DNA of 38,516 bases, taken from the NCBI GenBank assembly GCA_027025255.1, contig JALVRC010000083.1, positions 1 through 38,516 on the forward strand, read 5' to 3'. This document shows, piece by piece, positions 33,907-38,516 of this stretch (its first letter is position 1; every line of letters begins with the position of its first letter). Source of the DNA: a candidate division WOR-3 bacterium (GTDB lineage Bacteria > Hydrothermota > Tepidihabitantia > B3-TA06 > JALVRC01). Below the pieces are notes generated by a model. It was not told where the DNA came from and made no database searches. It saw only the letters and a list, made by a program, of their open reading frames with translations. The position numbers were made by a program, and so were the translations under genes.

Positions 33907-35004
33907 ATGAAAATAGTAATATTTGAGAAAAAGAGGGAGAGGTTTTATCCAATAAGTATTTTACACTGGGTAGGAGATATAAAGACAGGTATATATACAT
34001 TTTTTGAACGCATAAAAAGAGTATACAATAAAATAGAATACATTATATATACAGATGGTCCTTATGAGTCTTTATTAAAAGAGAGAGGTTTTAGAGTGAA
34101 CGAGCCTGTGGAGGGTGATGTGCTTTTGATTGAGGCAGGCTACAGATTGGACAATCCTTTCCCTTACGTAAATGTTGATACAGTGTTTACTGATGAGGCA
34201 GGACATGTTGTAGGTGCTTTCATTCACGAAGGAACAAGCTCTCTCCATTTATCTAAAAGCCTTTCTCGTATTAAGCATAGGGTAGTGGTTTCAAATGGAA
34301 GATACTACACATATATTTTTGATACAATTAAGTATTTATCTGAAACACTTTTGATGGATGGTATTTCATCTTCTTATCCTGAAATGGATGGTTTGTATGT
34401 AGACGAGGGGGATGGGAATGTTTTTATCTCACCGGATGTTGTTATTGAACCACCTGTGTTTATAAAGGGCCCTGCATATATAGGTAGAGAATGTGTGTTG
34501 AGTGGCGCGAGGATATATAGTTCATATATAGGAGATGTATGTAAAATTGGAGGAGAGGTTGAGTCAAGTATATTTCATGGATATGTAAACAAACACCACA
34601 AGGGATTCATAGGTCATTCATACATAGGAGAGTGGGTTAATCTTGGTGCTTTAACAACGAACTCAGACCTTAAGAATAACTATTCCCATGTTCGTTTCCC
34701 TTCAGTGCATGGTATTGTTGATACAGGAAGTATAAAGATAGGGGCTTTTATTGGAGATCATACGAAAACAGGGATTGGAACGCTTATAAATACTGGTTCT
34801 TATATTGGTATATTTTCAAATATCTGGGGAGGATATTTGATTGATAAATTTATCCCCAGTTTTAGATGGGGTAAAGAAAGGTATTATATTGATAAGGCTC
34901 TTAAGACTGCTGAAAGAGTAATGAATCGCAGGGGGGAAATTCTCTCAGATGCTTATATTGCTTTAATTAAACACATATTTTCAGTTTATGAGAATAGGTA
35001 TTGA
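33907..35004 (+). CDS. Putative sugar nucleotidyltransferase, GlmU-like (NTP_transf_4 + left-handed beta-helix)
   Basis: N-terminus MKIVIFEKKRERFYPISILHWVGDIKTGIYTFFERI fits the 'putative sugar nucleotidyl transferase' family. The C-terminal half has hexapeptide repeats (...IGDVCKIGGEVESSIF..., IGEWVNLGALTTNSDLKNNY, IKIGAFIGDHTKTGIGTLINTGSYIG). Confidence 0.75.
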   Translation: MKIVIFEKKRERFYPISILHWVGDIKTGIYTFFERIKRVYNKIEYIIYTDGPYESLLKERGFRVNEPVEGDVLLIEAGYRLDNPFPYVNVDTVFTDEAGHVVGAFIHEGTSSLHLSKSLSRIKHRVVVSNGRYYTYIFDTIKYLSETLLMDGISSSYPEMDGLYVDEGDGNVFISPDVVIEPPVFIKGPAYIGRECVLSGARIYSSYIGDVCKIGGEVESSIFHGYVNKHHKGFIGHSYIGEWVNLGALTTNSDLKNNYSHVRFPSVHGIVDTGSIKIGAFIGDHTKTGIGTLINTGSYIGIFSNIWGGYLIDKFIPSFRWGKERYYIDKALKTAERVMNRRGEILSDAYIALIKHIFSVYENRY

Positions 35005-35857
35005 TATAGGGGGAACCAGGATAAAGATAGCAGGTCTTGAGGATGAGAGGGTTATTTTTAAAAAAGAGCTTAGCTTTTCTCTAAAAGAGGAACCTGATAG
35101 AGTTGTTTCCCGCATAAAACAAGCAGTAAGAGATGTATCTATTAGCTCTATTGGTATAGGGATAGCAGGTCTTGTTGAATATAAAAAAGGATTACTTATC
35201 TCTTCTCCTAATCTGCCTTTATGGAAGGGCATAAATATCCCTTTACTCTTCAGGGATTTTTTTAATACTAATATAGCTGTTGATAACGATGCAAATGTAT
35301 ATGCCTGGGGAGAGTACAGAATTTTTTATAGAGATCTGGATAATTTTCTTCTTATTACAATGGGAACAGGTATAGGAAGTGGAATAATTCTTAAGGGTGA
35401 GGTATATCATGGTTCGCGTATGCTTGCAGGAGAGATCGGTCATATTACTATTATTCCTGATGGAAGGTCTTGTTTGTGTGGGAATAAGGGGTGTCTTGAG
35501 GTATATATTGGTAGCAAGGGCATACTTGATATGGCATGGAACAGAGGCCTTCAGGTAGAGGAGGTATATGATATATATGCTCTTGCAAAGAAGGGAAACA
35601 GGAAGGCAAAGGAGGTATTTGAAAAAGTAGGTGTTTATCTGGCAATAGGACTTACAAATGTGATTCAATTGTTAGACCCGGATACTATTGTTTTAGGTGG
35701 TGGTGTATCCAATGCCTTTGAATTATTTTATCCTTCGCTTGAGCAGGAGTTAAAGCAAAGGATATATGAATGGAACGTAAGGTCTGTTTATATAAGACCT
35801 TCACAGCTTGGAAGTTTTGGAGGTGCAATTGGTGCTGCTTTTCTTCCTGAACCTTGA
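34988..35857 (+). CDS. ROK-family sugar kinase (glucokinase / N-acetylhexosamine kinase-like)
   Basis: MRIGIDIGGTRIK, DNDANVYAWGE, GTGIGSGIIL, GEIGHITI and the zinc motif CLCGNKGCLE. 17-nt overlap with the upstream gene. Confidence 0.9.
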   Translation: MRIGIDIGGTRIKIAGLEDERVIFKKELSFSLKEEPDRVVSRIKQAVRDVSISSIGIGIAGLVEYKKGLLISSPNLPLWKGINIPLLFRDFFNTNIAVDNDANVYAWGEYRIFYRDLDNFLLITMGTGIGSGIILKGEVYHGSRMLAGEIGHITIIPDGRSCLCGNKGCLEVYIGSKGILDMAWNRGLQVEEVYDIYALAKKGNRKAKEVFEKVGVYLAIGLTNVIQLLDPDTIVLGGGVSNAFELFYPSLEQELKQRIYEWNVRSVYIRPSQLGSFGGAIGAAFLPEP

Positions 35858-37697
35858 TATAGAAAGAGCAATAGCCTTTATTAAAGAGGGTAATTACACA
35901 AGGGCGATAGAGATACTTGAAAAGGAGAAATCTTCTGAAACTATTTACTATCTTGGATGGTTGTATTTAAAAGAAAGGCAGTACGATAGAATTCTTGAGT
36001 TTTCATTTCCTGATAGCTTTGCTTATTTTAAATTTATGGCAGCAAAGGCACTTAATGATACTGCAGAGATGCTTTCCTATGCGAAAAGGTGTGCTAAAAG
36101 TGATACAAGGTGTTGTGATTTCTTAATAGATTATTACACTAATGAGCCTGATTCTTTTATAGAGTATGTACGGATGTATAGAGATGGGGATAAGAAACGG
36201 AGGTATCTTATTTTGTACTATAAAAACCGTGATACAGCCATTGCAAAAAGGTATGTCAAAAGACTTTCAAGCCGAAAACAGAGGATTTATTACAGTATTC
36301 TGTTATGTAATGACAATCTGTTAAAGCAGTCCTATATAGCAGAGCTTATAAGGGGCTATCCAGATTCCCGTGAGGCGCGGTTATTTGTAGAAGCTTTCAA
36401 ACCCCTTGATGCCACAGATTCTTTTTATTTAGCACGTATAAAAAAAGATAAGGGGTTATTGAAAATCCTTATGAAAAATCAGACACTTAGAAAAAAAGCA
36501 GTATATGAGCTTGCCAGGATTTACTATAAGGAAAGGGAATATGAAATTGCACTCCAGTACGCAAATATGTACAGAAGCAGGGTCTTTTATGGATTAAAAT
36601 ACAGGATTCTAAGAAGGCTTAAAGATAGTTTACGGTTTCAGTTCCTGGATTCCATTATAAAGTATTATCCTGAAAAAAAATATATAGTGTATAAAGGTAT
36701 TGCTTATGAGCGGGATAAAGAGTTTTTGAAGGCAGCAGAGCTATATCTAACCTACGGACAGAGGCTAAATAATGCAAATCTAATGAAAAGGGCAGGTATA
36801 ATATATGCCTATCTGGGTAATGTTGAAAAGGCAAAAAAAATTTTCAAACGATACAGGCATAGTTCTTCTCTTTCTAATTTTTATCTGTTTTATTTAACCG
36901 GGGACAGTACGTATTTAATCTATCTAAAAGAGAAGGAGCCTCTTTCATACTATACAGTATTTCTTGCTAAAATAAAGGCATTTGATAATGAGACATGCAA
37001 AGAGTGGATTGTAAAATGGTGGGATGGGGATAGTTTGTTTGAAGTGGATAGTGCGTATATTATGTATAATTTAGCTTTACGCAGACCAGCAGTGATTGAG
37101 AAATATTTAAAGAGGACAAAGCAAAATCCGTTTGTCAAGCTTATGCTGATTGAATATTTTTTAAGGTTCGGTTATCCCAATTATGCTATAAAATGGGCGG
37201 AAAGGCTTCTTTCACAGGCAAGAAGACACAGGTATTACAGGGTAAGTTATGAACTTGTTTCCTTTTTGTTCCCTCTTTACTATAAAGATTTGATTGATAA
37301 GGATATCAGGGTTGAATTTCTTTCATTAGTAAGGCAGGAGAGCTGGTTTAACGATAGGGCTAAATCAAGTGCCAATGCAATAGGTCTTAGCCAGCTACTT
37401 TATTCAACTGCTAAGAGCATTACAGATACAATTACTAAAGAAGATCTATTTTTCTACAGGATAAACCTCAAGATTGGTATGAGACATTTTAAAACACTCA
37501 AGCAGGCATATAACAATACAATTTTTGCTTATGCTGCGTATAATGCAGGTGGGGGGAATTTAAAAACCTGGAGACGTTATTTGCCCCGGGATAGCATATT
37601 TTTTATAGATTTAATCCCCTTTTCTGAAACAAGGGGATATTTAAGGAATTGCCTTAAAGGAAGGGTTATTTATAATTATCTTTTAGAAGGGGATTAA
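35808..37697 (+). CDS. slt: Soluble lytic murein transglycosylase (Slt70-like: helical/TPR-like N-domain + SLT catalytic domain)
   Basis: SLT motifs LSLVRQESWFNDRAKSSANAIGLSQLL (catalytic Glu in QES) and AYAAYNAGGGNL. The start is uncertain: the track TTG at 35808 overlaps the ROK gene by 50 nt, while the SD-like GGAGGTG at 35819-35825 favours TTG 35829 or GTG 35832. Confidence 0.85.
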   Translation: MEVLEVQLVLLFFLNLDIERAIAFIKEGNYTRAIEILEKEKSSETIYYLGWLYLKERQYDRILEFSFPDSFAYFKFMAAKALNDTAEMLSYAKRCAKSDTRCCDFLIDYYTNEPDSFIEYVRMYRDGDKKRRYLILYYKNRDTAIAKRYVKRLSSRKQRIYYSILLCNDNLLKQSYIAELIRGYPDSREARLFVEAFKPLDATDSFYLARIKKDKGLLKILMKNQTLRKKAVYELARIYYKEREYEIALQYANMYRSRVFYGLKYRILRRLKDSLRFQFLDSIIKYYPEKKYIVYKGIAYERDKEFLKAAELYLTYGQRLNNANLMKRAGIIYAYLGNVEKAKKIFKRYRHSSSLSNFYLFYLTGDSTYLIYLKEKEPLSYYTVFLAKIKAFDNETCKEWIVKWWDGDSLFEVDSAYIMYNLALRRPAVIEKYLKRTKQNPFVKLMLIEYFLRFGYPNYAIKWAERLLSQARRHRYYRVSYELVSFLFPLYYKDLIDKDIRVEFLSLVRQESWFNDRAKSSANAIGLSQLLYSTAKSITDTITKEDLFFYRINLKIGMRHFKTLKQAYNNTIFAYAAYNAGGGNLKTWRRYLPRDSIFFIDLIPFSETRGYLRNCLKGRVIYNYLLEGD

Positions 37698-37720
37698 GAT
37701 AAGTAGTTATTTTAAGGAGG

Positions 37721-38470
37721 CTATGTTTTTACTCTCATAAAGAGCTTAAAGAGGGCCTGTTTTTCTTTTAAAGAAAAAAGTTGAAAGGCACCAGGGGAAA
37801 GCGAGTTAAGTTTTACAGGGCCAAATGCAGTTCTCTTTAATACCTCTACCTTATAGCCCAGGCTTTCAAATGCCCTTCTTATTATGCGTTTTCTTCCTTC
37901 TTTAATGATAAGTGTTATATGTTCATTATAAGTTTTTCTTATTTCTATGTTGAGAGTTTTTTTGTCTATAACAGGTCCTTTTTTAAGAGCTTTTATATGA
38001 TAGGAACTCAGTGCTTTATTGAGCTTTACATAGTATTCCCTTTTTACCGCAAATGACGGATGCATTAGTGTGTTTGCTACATCTCCATTGTTTGTTAGTA
38101 TTAAAAGACCTTCGCTATCTTCGTCAAGTCTTCCAACTGGGAATATTCTTACAGAGAATGGAGGTAGGAGCTCTGTAATTGTCCTTTTGAACCTGTCTTT
38201 CATAGAGGTTACGTATCCTCGTGGCTTATTAAGTTTAATAAACACATCTTCTTTTGGCTTTTGTTTTCTCTCATACATACGGCTTTTGTAAAATACAGTA
38301 ATGTTATCATTGTTGTAGGTAAAGTATAGATAGTCTTTAAGGTATCTTTCTCCTATGGAGACGTTTTCAGGCAAGCATTTAAATAGTTTTTTTTCTTCAA
38401 TTAACTTTTCTATTTTTCGTCGCGCGTTAAGGCCGAGTTTGGCCAGATAAGAATGTATTTTAGAAGACAT
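37721..38470 (-). CDS. Pseudouridine synthase, RsuA/RluB family (S4 domain + catalytic domain)
   Basis: N-terminal S4-like YLAKLGLNARRKIEKLIEEKKL. Catalytic motif PVGRLDEDSEGLLILTNNGD and REYYVKL. Confidence 0.9.
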   Translation of the reverse strand: MSSKIHSYLAKLGLNARRKIEKLIEEKKLFKCLPENVSIGERYLKDYLYFTYNNDNITVFYKSRMYERKQKPKEDVFIKLNKPRGYVTSMKDRFKRTITELLPPFSVRIFPVGRLDEDSEGLLILTNNGDVANTLMHPSFAVKREYYVKLNKALSSYHIKALKKGPVIDKKTLNIEIRKTYNEHITLIIKEGRKRIIRRAFESLGYKVEVLKRTAFGPVKLNSLSPGAFQLFSLKEKQALFKLFMRVKT

Positions 38471-38516
38471 TGAGATATGACTTGATTTTTAGTTTTAATT
38501 CTTCATTATCAGTAAG

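Noticed and set aside
1-38516. A check for CRISPR arrays, IS elements/transposases, integrases, toxin-antitoxin pairs and long direct nucleotide repeats
   Set aside because: None was recognisable by eye. There are no regularly spaced repeats, no DDE/tyrosine-recombinase-like ORFs and no terminal inverted repeats beyond the short hairpins reported above. Absence is not proven without computational repeat finding.

Overview
This is an AT-rich bacterial chromosomal window, tightly packed with about 31 protein genes. I saw no rRNA, tRNA, CRISPR array, transposase or phage genes. All calls come from reading the ORF translations for family motifs and reading intergenic DNA by eye; no database search was run.

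Layout:
- (1) 2-2904 (+): the 3' end of an RsmF-like RNA methyltransferase, then a eukaryote-type UDP-galactopyranose mutase and a GT21-like membrane glycosyltransferase.
- (2) 2919-17638 (+): one co-directional locus behind a perfect TTGACA-16-TATAAT promoter. It carries exbB-exbD-exbD-tonB, a CarboxypepD_reg/TonB-dependent receptor, a 1068-aa FN3-containing protein with a T9SS C-terminal sorting domain (CTD), a PorV/PorQ-like barrel, a BNR/Asp-box T9SS cargo, a lipoprotein and a C25 gingipain-like peptidase.
- (3) 31909-17632 (-): a very compact 10-gene string. In order: Ig-like T9SS cargo, PorQ-like barrel-TPR fusion, L,D-transpeptidase, fbp-fba-pfk, an orphan sigma-54 NtrC-type response regulator, an S8 subtilase T9SS cargo, a TPR lipoprotein and an HEXXH/propeller/barrel protein.
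- (4) 31910-33691: a visibly more GC-rich islet with a PEGA + FGE-sulfatase-domain lipoprotein that lacks the FGE catalytic cysteines. Long noncoding flanks carry C-rich/G-rich hairpins.
- (5) 33635-38470: a 59-aa ferredoxin minigene missing from the ORF track, with its own promoter and terminator. It is followed by a GlmU-like sugar nucleotidyltransferase, a ROK kinase, an Slt-type lytic transglycosylase and a convergent pseudouridine synthase.

The best candidate for an undescribed system is the SusD-less TonB-dependent receptor / giant T9SS cargo / PorV-like module with its attached secreted hydrolases. It may be regulated together with the protease and gluconeogenesis string through the sigma-54 activator. 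The organism combines T9SS hallmarks with canonical sigma-70 promoters and strong Shine-Dalgarno (SD) sites, which points to a non-Bacteroidota FCB-type or candidate-phylum lineage.
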